Notes under the pieces: model-generated
The model's database searches: none
What the model was told of the DNA's origin: nothing
The model's input: only the letters and a program-made list of their open reading frames with translations
Part shown: positions 55,715 to 64,000 of the stretch, piece after piece
Layout: each line of letters opens with the position of its first letter
How positions within the stretch are numbered: the first letter of the stretch is position 1
DNA from: an uncultured Bacillota bacterium
Lineage (GTDB): Bacteria > Sysuimicrobiota > Sysuimicrobiia > Sysuimicrobiales > Segetimicrobiaceae
NCBI GenBank assembly: GCA_963804645.1
Contig: CAWDRG010000005.1
Coordinates: 1 to 64,000, forward strand
Length of the DNA stretch: 64,000 nt
Direction of reading: 5' to 3'
Position numbers and translations under genes: made by a program

Positions 55715-57163
55715 CTACCGCCCGCGAAACGCGAGCGCATGCGCAATGGTCTTCAATAAGATCACGAGATCCAGGGCCAGCGATTGATGCTTGATGTAGT
55801 AGAGGTCGTACTGCAGGCGCACGAGCACGTCCTGCTCGCTCCCTGCGTACCCTTGCTGAACCAAACCCCACCCGGCCATCCCGGGCTTCACCACGTGGCG
55901 CAGCCGGTACAGCGGCAGCTCCGCGGCGAGCTTCTCGACAAACTCCGGCCGTTCGGGCCGCGGGCCGACCGCGCTCATCTCTCCCCGCAGCACGTTCAGC
56001 AGCTGCGGAAACTCGTCCACATGGGTCGCGCGCAGCACCCGTCCCACGCGGGTCACGCGCGGATCGCCCCGGCGCGCCCACACGGCGCCGTCCGGCTCCG
56101 CCTCGGCGACCATCGACCGGAACTTGAACGTCCGGAAGACGCGGCCACCGATCCCCACGCGCGGCTGCACGTAGAAGATCGGCCCCGGCGAGTCCAGCCG
56201 GATCGCGAGGGCGACGATCGGCAGCAGCACGGCCAGGCACAGCACGCCGAGCCCGGCCAGCACCACGTCGAGCGCGCGCTTGGTCAAGCGCTGCACGCTG
56301 CTGAGGGTCAGCTGTTCGACCGGGATCGCCACGTACCAGTCGTCGCGCACCTGCTCCACCGGCACGCGCCCCGTGAGCCGCTCGTACAGTGCCGGCATCG
56401 GGACGAGCTCGACCCCCTGCTCGACGCACTGCAGCAGCGTCGCGAGCAGCATGGAGTCGACCTCGCGCACGGGCGCGAGGATCAGCGCCGATACGTCCTG
56501 CCGCGCGATCACCGCGGGCAGGTCGGCCGGCGTGCCGAGCACCGGCCCCGGCGCGGGTCCGTCCTCGTCCGCCGCGCGGGGCTCGTCGGCGATGAACCCG
56601 ACCACCTGGTAGCTCTCATCGCCGGCCTCCGCGAGCGTCGCCGCGATGAGACGGGCCGGCTGGCCCGTCCCGATGATCAGCGTCGGCTGCCGGAACGCGG
56701 GCCGGGGGAACGCCAACGTGTGGAGCGTGCGCTCGACCGCCAGGCATACGAGAACGAGCGCGGGCAGCGACAGCAGTTCGTTTCGGGAACTCGGCAGCGG
56801 CGGCGTGAGGTGCGGGACCAGCAGATACGCTGCCGCGGCGAGTACCCCCGCCTGGGCCGCCCGCATGACGCTCGGGCCGACCCGCCGCGTGTTCCGCGGC
56901 TCGTACGCGTCGCACGCCGACGCCATCACCAGCCACAGCACCGCCAGGATCAGATACCACTGCGGCTGCTGCAGGAGAGCCCGCGGGTCAAACGCCGGCG
57001 CGACCCGCAACGCGAGCCACACATAGAGCGCAACCAGCAGCGCTCCGAGGTCGAGCGCCGTGAGCAGCAGGCGCCGTTCGGAGAATCGCAGCCGGAGCCG
57101 CGCGGGCGTGCGGGCGCCGGCGCGCCCGGCCAACGACTCGACGGCTTCGCCCCGCGCCGGCAC
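55715..57163 (-). CDS. Priming polyprenyl-phosphate hexose-1-P transferase (WbaP/WcaJ-like)
   Basis: N-terminal TMs, KFRSM, DPRVT, DEFPQL, GEMSAVGPRPE, YDLYY. Confidence 0.93.
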   Translation of the reverse strand: MPARGEAVESLAGRAGARTPARLRLRFSERRLLLTALDLGALLVALYVWLALRVAPAFDPRALLQQPQWYLILAVLWLVMASACDAYEPRNTRRVGPSVMRAAQAGVLAAAAYLLVPHLTPPLPSSRNELLSLPALVLVCLAVERTLHTLAFPRPAFRQPTLIIGTGQPARLIAATLAEAGDESYQVVGFIADEPRAADEDGPAPGPVLGTPADLPAVIARQDVSALILAPVREVDSMLLATLLQCVEQGVELVPMPALYERLTGRVPVEQVRDDWYVAIPVEQLTLSSVQRLTKRALDVVLAGLGVLCLAVLLPIVALAIRLDSPGPIFYVQPRVGIGGRVFRTFKFRSMVAEAEPDGAVWARRGDPRVTRVGRVLRATHVDEFPQLLNVLRGEMSAVGPRPERPEFVEKLAAELPLYRLRHVVKPGMAGWGLVQQGYAGSEQDVLVRLQYDLYYIKHQSLALDLVILLKTIAHALAFRGR

Positions 57164-57170
57164 GGCCGCG

Positions 57171-58490
57171 CTACCCCGCCCGCCCCAGCGCCACATACCG
57201 CACCTTAGGTCCGAACCGCGCGGGATCGAGCACCCGCCAGCAGTCGACGACCGTTGTCGGCGTGCGCGTAAGGTACGTCTCGTCCACCTCGCGGAACTCC
57301 GGCGCGGCCGTCGTAAAGACGCACAGGGCCGCACCGTCCATGCAGGCCCGGGCGGAGGCGGCGTACCGCACCCGGTCGCCGAGGAGCGCGCGCATGCCGG
57401 CGACCGCGAGCGGATCGTACACGGTCACCTCGACGTCGCCCTCCGCCAGCAGCGTGTCGACCAGCAGGATGCCGGGCGACTCGTCGAGCACCGGCGTGCC
57501 CGCCTTGAACGACAGGCCCAGCACCGCCACGCGCCGGTCCGCCTCCGGCAGATGCCGGAGCACGAGCCGGGCGATGTCCCCGATGCGCTCGAGATTCGCA
57601 GCTTCGGTCGCCTTCGCGAGCCGCGCGTCTACGCCGTGGCGCGCGGCGAACACCGCGAACGCGCGGTTGTCTCTCGGGAAGCACGGCCCCCCGAACGGCA
57701 GCCCGCCGCGGAGATAGTACGGCGAGATCCGCCGGTCCGCGCCGAGGGCGTCGGTGATCGCGTCGATGTCGGCGCCCGGAATCGCTTCGCAGATCGACGC
57801 CAGCGTATTCGCGAAGGTGATCTTCGTGGTCACGAACGAGTTGAGCGCGATCTTTGTGATCTCCGCGCTCACGATCGACATCCGGGCCACGCGCGGCGTG
57901 TGCTCGCACACCGTCCGGTACAGCTGCTCGAGCCGGTCCCCGGCCGCCTCGGAGCTCTGCCCGATCAGCACCAGGTCGGGGCGCAGGAAATCCGAGATCA
58001 CGGTCCCCAGCGCGATGAACTCGGGGTTGTAGCAGACCTCGAACCCCTCGTGCAGCGACCGTCCGGACACCGACGCGATCAGCGGGATGAGACGCCCCTC
58101 GACCGTCCCCGGCGACACCGTGGACGTGATCACGAACAGGTGCGAGGACTTGCTCGACGCTCGGAGCGCCCGGGCCAGGGGGGTCAGCGCGTCTTGGAGA
58201 TGCGCGTCGGAGAATTCACCGTCCGGGCCGCTCGGCGTGGGCACGATCAGCAGCGTGACGTCGGACCGCTCGAGCGCCAGCCCGTAGTCCGCGGTCGCCT
58301 GGAGGCGGTCGCCGGCGGCGCGCAGCACCTCGGGCAGCCGCGGCTCGTAAAACGGCGCGACCCCGCGGTTCACCGCCTCCACCGTGCTCGGGTTCACGTC
58401 CACGCCGACGACGGGGATCCCGCGGGACGCGAAGCACGCGGCCGCGCACAGGCCCAAGCGCCCGAGACCGATGACCGAGAGTTGCACCAC
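57171..58490 (-). CDS. UDP-glucose/GDP-mannose dehydrogenase family protein
   Basis: GLGRLG, VPTP, STVSPG, YNPEF, FGGPCFPRD, LGLSFK. Confidence 0.92.
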   Translation of the reverse strand: MVQLSVIGLGRLGLCAAACFASRGIPVVGVDVNPSTVEAVNRGVAPFYEPRLPEVLRAAGDRLQATADYGLALERSDVTLLIVPTPSGPDGEFSDAHLQDALTPLARALRASSKSSHLFVITSTVSPGTVEGRLIPLIASVSGRSLHEGFEVCYNPEFIALGTVISDFLRPDLVLIGQSSEAAGDRLEQLYRTVCEHTPRVARMSIVSAEITKIALNSFVTTKITFANTLASICEAIPGADIDAITDALGADRRISPYYLRGGLPFGGPCFPRDNRAFAVFAARHGVDARLAKATEAANLERIGDIARLVLRHLPEADRRVAVLGLSFKAGTPVLDESPGILLVDTLLAEGDVEVTVYDPLAVAGMRALLGDRVRYAASARACMDGAALCVFTTAAPEFREVDETYLTRTPTTVVDCWRVLDPARFGPKVRYVALGRAG

Positions 58491-58694
58491 GCGGACGAGC
58501 CCCCCACCGGCGTTTCATACCCAATTTCAGCCGCAAACGCGCGTCCCCACGCGGGGCGGCGCGCCTGGGGCGATCATCGCACAGGACGGAGCAAAATGCC
58601 AGCGATCGGGACGAAAGTACCAGACGCAGGTCACCGCGGAAGCGCGGCGTGTCCGCGCTCCCGCCGGCTCGGGGTCGGGAGTCTGGGCGCCGGT

Positions 58695-59681
58695 TTATCC
58701 GCGCGGCGGACCCACCGGGTTCTCGAGAATCCCGAGCTCGTCGATTTCGATCCGCACCACTTCACCTTCCCGGAGGTACCGTCCATCCTCCAAGCCCGTA
58801 CCAGGAGGCCCACCGGTAAACACCACGTCACCCGGCCAGAGCGTCACGTATTGTGACACCTCGCTAACAATGTCTTCGATCGGCCAGATGAGGTCGGCGG
58901 TGCTGGAGTTTTGCCGCAGCGTCTGATCGATCCACAGCTTGACCTTGAACTCGTTGGGACTGTGCGACAATTCATCCGGGGTCACAATCGCCGGCCCGAT
59001 CGGGGCAAGCGTGTCTGTTGCCTTCCCGCGCGGGCTGTCATACCCGCCCTGCAGCGGCGTGATGTCCCGGATGCAGGCGTCGTTGGCGATCGTGTAGCCA
59101 AACACGTAGTCGAGCGCTTCCTTCGGCGTCACTTGACTGCAGTAGCGTCCAATGATGATCCCCAATTCGCTTTCGCAATCCCACTCCTTCGACCCCTTTG
59201 GGTATCGGAGCTGGGCGCCTGGGCCGATAATCGCCGACGGGGCCTTGAAAAATGACAGCTTCGGGTTCTTGTTGAACTCGACCTGATCGGCGGGCACGCC
59301 TTTTCGCGCGTAGTACTTCAGAATGTGCTCCTTATAGGAACTCCCGATGCACAGAATCTTCGAGGGCCGCAGCACAGGCGCGAGCAATCGGACATCCCGC
59401 AGCCTGTACGACAGCGGGCTCCCATGGGTGTGTTGGGAACGCTCATCCTCTTTAACCATCGCGACCATCGATGCGAGCGCCCGTCCCCGCCCGTGCCAAA
59501 TCTCCGCAAACGACACCATATCGGGCGGCACCTGAAACAGCGCTTTCTGCGATGCCCACGCGTCGTGTTGTGCCGTCACGGCCCAGTACGTCCACACGGC
59601 GCGCAGGTCCCACACGCGATCCGCGCCGTCCAGCGCCCCGACGGCCGCTCCGGTCGGGCCTTGATACGTGACAAATTTCAT
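58695..59681 (-). CDS. Fumarylacetoacetate hydrolase family protein
   Basis: PSKILCIG, FFKAPS, DCESEL, GYTIAND, GK, GDVVFTG. Confidence 0.9.
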   Translation of the reverse strand: MKFVTYQGPTGAAVGALDGADRVWDLRAVWTYWAVTAQHDAWASQKALFQVPPDMVSFAEIWHGRGRALASMVAMVKEDERSQHTHGSPLSYRLRDVRLLAPVLRPSKILCIGSSYKEHILKYYARKGVPADQVEFNKNPKLSFFKAPSAIIGPGAQLRYPKGSKEWDCESELGIIIGRYCSQVTPKEALDYVFGYTIANDACIRDITPLQGGYDSPRGKATDTLAPIGPAIVTPDELSHSPNEFKVKLWIDQTLRQNSSTADLIWPIEDIVSEVSQYVTLWPGDVVFTGGPPGTGLEDGRYLREGEVVRIEIDELGILENPVGPPRG

Positions 59682-59749
59682 CGGGTCCCCCTGTGTGTGC
59701 CTTCAGCCGTTCTCGTTGCGCGTGATGCCGACGTCTCTCCTTCCCGCGA

Positions 59750-61380
59750 TCACCTCCGGTACCAGTTGGCCATGTCTCTGAACATGCCTCCGAACCTCGG
59801 CACGGCCCCACCGAGCTGTCCCACGTTCACCGCGCCGATCGAATCCGCGTAGTAAAGCATGACGGTCGGCACGTCCTGATTGATAATCTGCTGGATCTTG
59901 GTCAGCGGCGGCAATTGCTGTCGCAACACGACCAGCTGACGCGCCTGGTCGATCAGCTGATCGAGTTCCGGGTTGGAGTACTGCCCGGCGTTCAACGCGC
60001 CGCCCGTGTGAAACCGTCGGCTGAGGTCCGGGTTGTTGAATCCCCGGTTGTCCTCCAGCCCGAGATCAAAATCGTGGGTCCCATCCAACCGCGATACCGA
60101 GGTGGCATAGTCTGCCAATTCGATCGACACATTCATCCCAACATTCTGCAGCTGCTGCTGAATGACGGTGCCCACGTTCATGCGCAGGGTCTCGCCAGTG
60201 GGCACCAGGAGCCGAAGCCGCACGCTCGGATCATAGTGCGCATCGCGCAGCAACTGCCGCGCGTGATCAGGGTTGAACTTATAGGGCTCGAGATTCTTGT
60301 CGTAATAGGGCGTGAACGATGCAAACGGCGAGTACGCGACCTCGCCTTTCCCCAACAGGAGCTGCGACACGATGGCGTCACGATCGATCGCGTACGCGAG
60401 GGCCTGCCGGACGCGGACGTCGTCAAACGGCTTCCGTTTGACGTTGATGTACATGCTCACGACCGTGGTGTTTGGATAGGACGTCACCGCAATGTTGGTG
60501 ACACGCTGCAGCGCAGGCAGGTCGCCCGGCGTGAGGTTGCCACCGATGTCTCCCGGAATCACCTGGAGCTCCCCTCGTTCGAGTTGGACGATGGCCACTT
60601 CTGGCTGGAGGACTTTGATGTACACGTGCGCCAGCGACGGCTGCCGGGCGTAGTAGTACGGGTTACGTGTCAACTCCGCCTGGGTGTCCGTTTGATAGTT
60701 TGAGATGTAGAACGGGCCCGAGGACACGTTCGGCAAGTGCGCGAAGTCGCTCTTCATCAACTGCGAGAATGGGATGGTCTTCAGCACGTGGCTCGGCATC
60801 GGAAACATCTCGGTGCCGAACAGGTCGATGAAATCGGACGACGGCGCGACCGTCGTGACCGCAAAGGTCCGATCATTCATGATCTTGAATCCGGCCACAC
60901 CGTCGCTCGTGCCGGCTTTGTGCTCTCGAACGCCGACGATCTCGTCCACGCGGTTGTACCAAAACGCATTGGACCCGGGTGCCGAGAGCGCCAGCGTCGC
61001 GTACTCAAAATCCTGGGGGTCAGCGGTGCCCCATCGCTCCACTTGAGCCCCGGTCGCAGCACGAACGTCGTCGTCCGTCCATCGGCCGAGACGGTCCACC
61101 GCTCGGCAAGATCCGGCAGGAGCTGCAGAGTGGGCGTATAGCTCAACAACGACCGATTCGTGCTCTCGCCGATCAAAATCGCCATATCCGTGGGGAGAAA
61201 GTCGGTCAAGAGCACTCCCCCGGGCGTCCCGAAAATTGACATGGCGGCGTCCCCACCGACCACCGGCGCACCACTGCCGTTGTTTGGCCCCAACGCGACG
61301 CCGACCGTGACAAACACCGCCGCCGCCAACGCCGCGCGCAGCCGTCTCCACAGGCTCGAACGTGGTTGCGACACGTTCAT
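59750..61380 (-). pseudogene. Peptide ABC substrate-binding protein (family 5) with a single frameshift
   Basis: N-terminal frame (signal peptide to KWSDGAPLTP) and C-terminal frame (QDFEY onward) join across a 5-base C run at 61015-61019 where 6 are needed. Confidence 0.85.
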
Positions 61381-61402
61381 GTCCCCCCTTTGCTCGACCC
61401 CG

Positions 61403-62398
61403 TTACCGAGGAGGTCCGACCGGGTTCTCCAGCATACCGATCCCTTCGGCTTCGATGCGCACCACTTGACCTTCCCGTAGGTATCGACCGGTCTCCAACC
61501 CCGTACCGGAGGGACTGCCGGTCATCAGCACGTCGCCGGGCCACAGACTCATGTACCGCGAGGCTTCACTGACCATCGCCTCGATCGGCCACAATAAATC
61601 GGCGGTGTTGGAGTCCTGCCGCAGATCCCCGTCGACCCGCAGCGTCACGTGCATGCGGTTCGGGCCCCCCGGAAGTTCATCGGGCGTGACCAGCGCCGGT
61701 CCCATCGGCGCGAACGTGTCTGACCCTTTGGCCGCGGGCGCGTTCAACCCTCCCAAAATATCTGGAAGGTCGCGAAAGCATACATCGGCGGCGATCGTAT
61801 ACCCGAACACGTACTCGAGCGCCTCTGCAACCGGAACGTGCCGGCAATGGGCGCCGATAATGATGCCGATCTCGCCTTCACAGTCCCACGCCGCCGAGTC
61901 GCGAGGGTAGCGCACGGGATCTCCCGGACCGATGATCGCAGACGGCGGCTTCATGAACGAGATCCGAGGACGCTCGGGGATCTCGATTTTGTCATGTGGA
62001 ATGCCGCGCTGCGTCATGATGTTCACGATATGCTCGCGATAGGACGCTCCAAGGCAGACGATTTTTGAGGGCCGCAGCACCGGCGCAAGCAGCCGCACGT
62101 GTCCGAGTTCATACCACAGGCGTCGCCCCGACACGGGGGACGTGGCGAACGATCCCTCATCACGCTCCGCTTGTAGGAGCATTGCGCGGAGCATCGCCAC
62201 GCGGCCATGCCACTCGTCGATCAACGCGATCATGTCGACCGTGGCCGCCCCGATCTGCTCCCGCGCCCAAGGATCCTGACCTCGGCCCAGCCTAACCTGC
62301 AACATCACTTCGCGAAGATCCCAGACACGCGGCGTTCCATCCGCAGCCAGTACGCCGACGCTCACGCCCTGCGGTCCGGCGTAGGACACGAGCCTCAT
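61403..62398 (-). CDS. Fumarylacetoacetate hydrolase family protein (paralog)
   Basis: PSKIVCLG, FMKPPS, DCEGEI, KGSDTF, GDVLMTGSP. Confidence 0.9.
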   Translation of the reverse strand: MRLVSYAGPQGVSVGVLAADGTPRVWDLREVMLQVRLGRGQDPWAREQIGAATVDMIALIDEWHGRVAMLRAMLLQAERDEGSFATSPVSGRRLWYELGHVRLLAPVLRPSKIVCLGASYREHIVNIMTQRGIPHDKIEIPERPRISFMKPPSAIIGPGDPVRYPRDSAAWDCEGEIGIIIGAHCRHVPVAEALEYVFGYTIAADVCFRDLPDILGGLNAPAAKGSDTFAPMGPALVTPDELPGGPNRMHVTLRVDGDLRQDSNTADLLWPIEAMVSEASRYMSLWPGDVLMTGSPSGTGLETGRYLREGQVVRIEAEGIGMLENPVGPPR

Positions 62399-62416
62399 CG
62401 GGCGCACCACCCAGGG

Positions 62417-63379
62417 CTAGGCGTCCACCACATGAAGGGGAACCGCTCCCGCGCGCACCCGCTGGATATTCTCGACGACCACGCGCGCCATGTGCTCTCG
62501 GAGCTCCTTCGTCCCACCCCCATGCGGGGTGGCGACCACGTTCGGACACTCGAAGATTGGATCGCGGGGATCGACTGGCTCATGCCAGAAAACGTCGAGG
62601 CCAACGCCGCCGAGGTGCCCGCTGCGCAACGCGTCGATCAACGCGTCCTTGTCCACGACGTGAGCGCGAGCCGCGTTGACCAGGAGCGCCCCGGGTTTCA
62701 TGCGGGCGAACGCGCGCGCGTTCACCAATCGGTTCGTTTCGGCCACCAACGGCACGTGAATGGATACGAAGTCGCTGTGCGCCAACATCTCGTCCATGCG
62801 GTCCATTCGCTCGAGCCACTCCAGACCGAGCGCTTCTTTCATTCCCGCAGAGACCGACCGCTTGACCGCCCACACGCGCATCCCAAATCCGCGCGCCATT
62901 GGAATCACCGCTTCGCCGATCTCGCCGACACCGATCAAACCGAGCACCTTGCCCCGCAGCCCGTACGTGTCCACTTTGCCCATGCGCCCCTCGCGCAGGG
63001 CGACCTGCAAGTCCGGATAGCGCTTCGCAAGCGCGAGCAGCAGAAACATGATCAGCTCTGCGATCGCCGCACCGCTGCCGCTGACGTGTGCGGGGACAGT
63101 GCACACGACAATCCCCTTGGACGCAGCGTACGCTGTGTCGACCGACTCCAAGTGAGCGCCCGGCCGCTGGATCAATCGGAGGAGGGGGGCCGCATCGATC
63201 ACCTCTCTCGAGACCGGAACGCTGCGCACGAGCAGCACATGCGCGCCGCCGACCTGGCGCGCCAAGGGCACGGTCGGGTCGAATTCCTCGATGGTATACC
63301 CGGCGCCGAGCAGCCGCGCGAACTCTTCGCCCCCGAACAGTCCCGGGCTCCCCTTCTTCACGCACCAGAACTCGCTCAT
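62417..63379 (-). CDS. D-isomer-specific 2-hydroxyacid dehydrogenase; start uncertain
   Basis: GLIGVGEIG, SIHVP, VNAARA, GLDVFWHEP, TPHGGG. Confidence 0.9.
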   Translation of the reverse strand: MSEFWCVKKGSPGLFGGEEFARLLGAGYTIEEFDPTVPLARQVGGAHVLLVRSVPVSREVIDAAPLLRLIQRPGAHLESVDTAYAASKGIVVCTVPAHVSGSGAAIAELIMFLLLALAKRYPDLQVALREGRMGKVDTYGLRGKVLGLIGVGEIGEAVIPMARGFGMRVWAVKRSVSAGMKEALGLEWLERMDRMDEMLAHSDFVSIHVPLVAETNRLVNARAFARMKPGALLVNAARAHVVDKDALIDALRSGHLGGVGLDVFWHEPVDPRDPIFECPNVVATPHGGGTKELREHMARVVVENIQRVRAGAVPLHVVDA

Positions 63380-63556
63380 AGACACCGGGTGGATCGTTCC
63401 CGCGCCACGATGCTCCGCATGCGCATGGTCACTGCGCGATACGTGCGGACCTTCGATAGCAGGGTGGTACGCCGCCTGGCCGAATACAGTGCGACCGACA
63501 TGGTACCGGAGATTCCATTGCCGCCTCGGCACTCCTTCGCCGGTGATCACACTCAG

Positions 63557-64000
63557 CTACGGCACGCACCCGTTCGCGTCATTCGACCAGTACTGCGTCA
63601 CCGCCCACGCCTGAAACGCCTGGGCCGGCGCCGCCGGCCGGGCCGCCCGCCATTCACATAAGTCGGCGATCTCCCCCTCGGAGCCCGTACGGAGATCGAA
63701 CCACCCAAACTTTCCGAACGGGTTGGTCAGCGCTTCGACGAGCTCATGCGTCAGCATCGCCCCCAGACTGGGTCCGGGGGGCAGCGGGCTGCGGGTGACC
63801 GCATAGATCAACGGCACGACCGTGAACGCGAACGGCGTCTTCGGCGCGCAGCACCGCCAGGAGTGGTACGCGAACCCCTTGTTCGGAATCGTCGCCGTCG
63901 TCACGGGAATCAGGAGGTTCACGACCAGATTCGCATCGACCGGGGCGCGAAGCACTTCCGAGTCCGCCATGCACCCGGCGAACCGTTGGGGCATCCCACC
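63557..64000 (-). CDS. Hypothetical protein, C-terminal part (HExxE-TxP motif, Phi-1/EXORDIUM-like); runs off window
   Basis: AYHS, THELVEALTNP, GWF, GEIADLC, QYWSN..GC. Confidence 0.65.
   Translation of the reverse strand, partial: GGMPQRFAGCMADSEVLRAPVDANLVVNLLIPVTTATIPNKGFAYHSWRCCAPKTPFAFTVVPLIYAVTRSPLPPGPSLGAMLTHELVEALTNPFGKFGWFDLRTGSEGEIADLCEWRAARPAAPAQAFQAWAVTQYWSNDANGCVP

Noticed and set aside
32664..58490. An actual lincosamide antibiotic cluster
   Set aside because: No amino-acid activation, condensation (LmbC/D), thiol-transfer or resistance genes; the context is Wzx, priming transferase and GTs, which indicates a surface glycan.
1..64000. tRNA, rRNA, CRISPR arrays, integrase or prophage genes
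   Set aside because: None recognised by eye anywhere in the window; tRNAscan or CRISPR finders would be needed to exclude them formally.

Overview
High-GC (about 70% by eye) bacterial chromosome segment. The glmS ribozyme, FimT-like pilins and orphan peptide-ABC binding proteins suggest a Terrabacteria-type soil organism, but this is not established. From left to right: (1) a pilin-like gene and a minus-strand housekeeping operon (glmS with its ribozyme, epimerase, Trm112-like, a tiny acpS-like remnant, nnr, alr, pheA, pxpBC fusion); (2) a sugar kinase, methyltransferase and glycosyltransferase trio; (3) a roughly 20 kb accessory stretch with an Xre/RES toxin-antitoxin pair, a flavoprotein-coupled 2-oxoacid:ferredoxin oxidoreductase operon, an NRAMP-related transporter, two beta-propeller proteins, a complete 2.8 kb CTAG-flanked IS carrying a pRiA4b ORF-3 passenger gene, and IS701 and group II intron debris; (4) a roughly 26 kb minus-strand surface-glycan locus (priming transferase, Wzx, GT2/GT4/GT10, GDP-fucose, dTDP-sugar, amino-sugar and methyltransferase genes) with a second pilin embedded in it; (5) a lower-GC catabolic cluster (two FAH-family genes, a frameshifted ABC binding protein, a 2-hydroxyacid dehydrogenase). 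The strongest candidate for an undescribed system is a module in the glycan locus: a dedicated transaldolase, atypical SIS isomerase, HAD phosphatase, nucleotidyltransferase, Gfo/Idh/MocA, SDR and epimerase, plus the displaced kinase. Its family composition mirrors the GDP-octose branch of lincosamide biosynthesis, suggesting a higher-carbon (C7 or C8) sugar destined for a surface or pilin glycan. All functional calls are from motif recognition only; no database searches were run.
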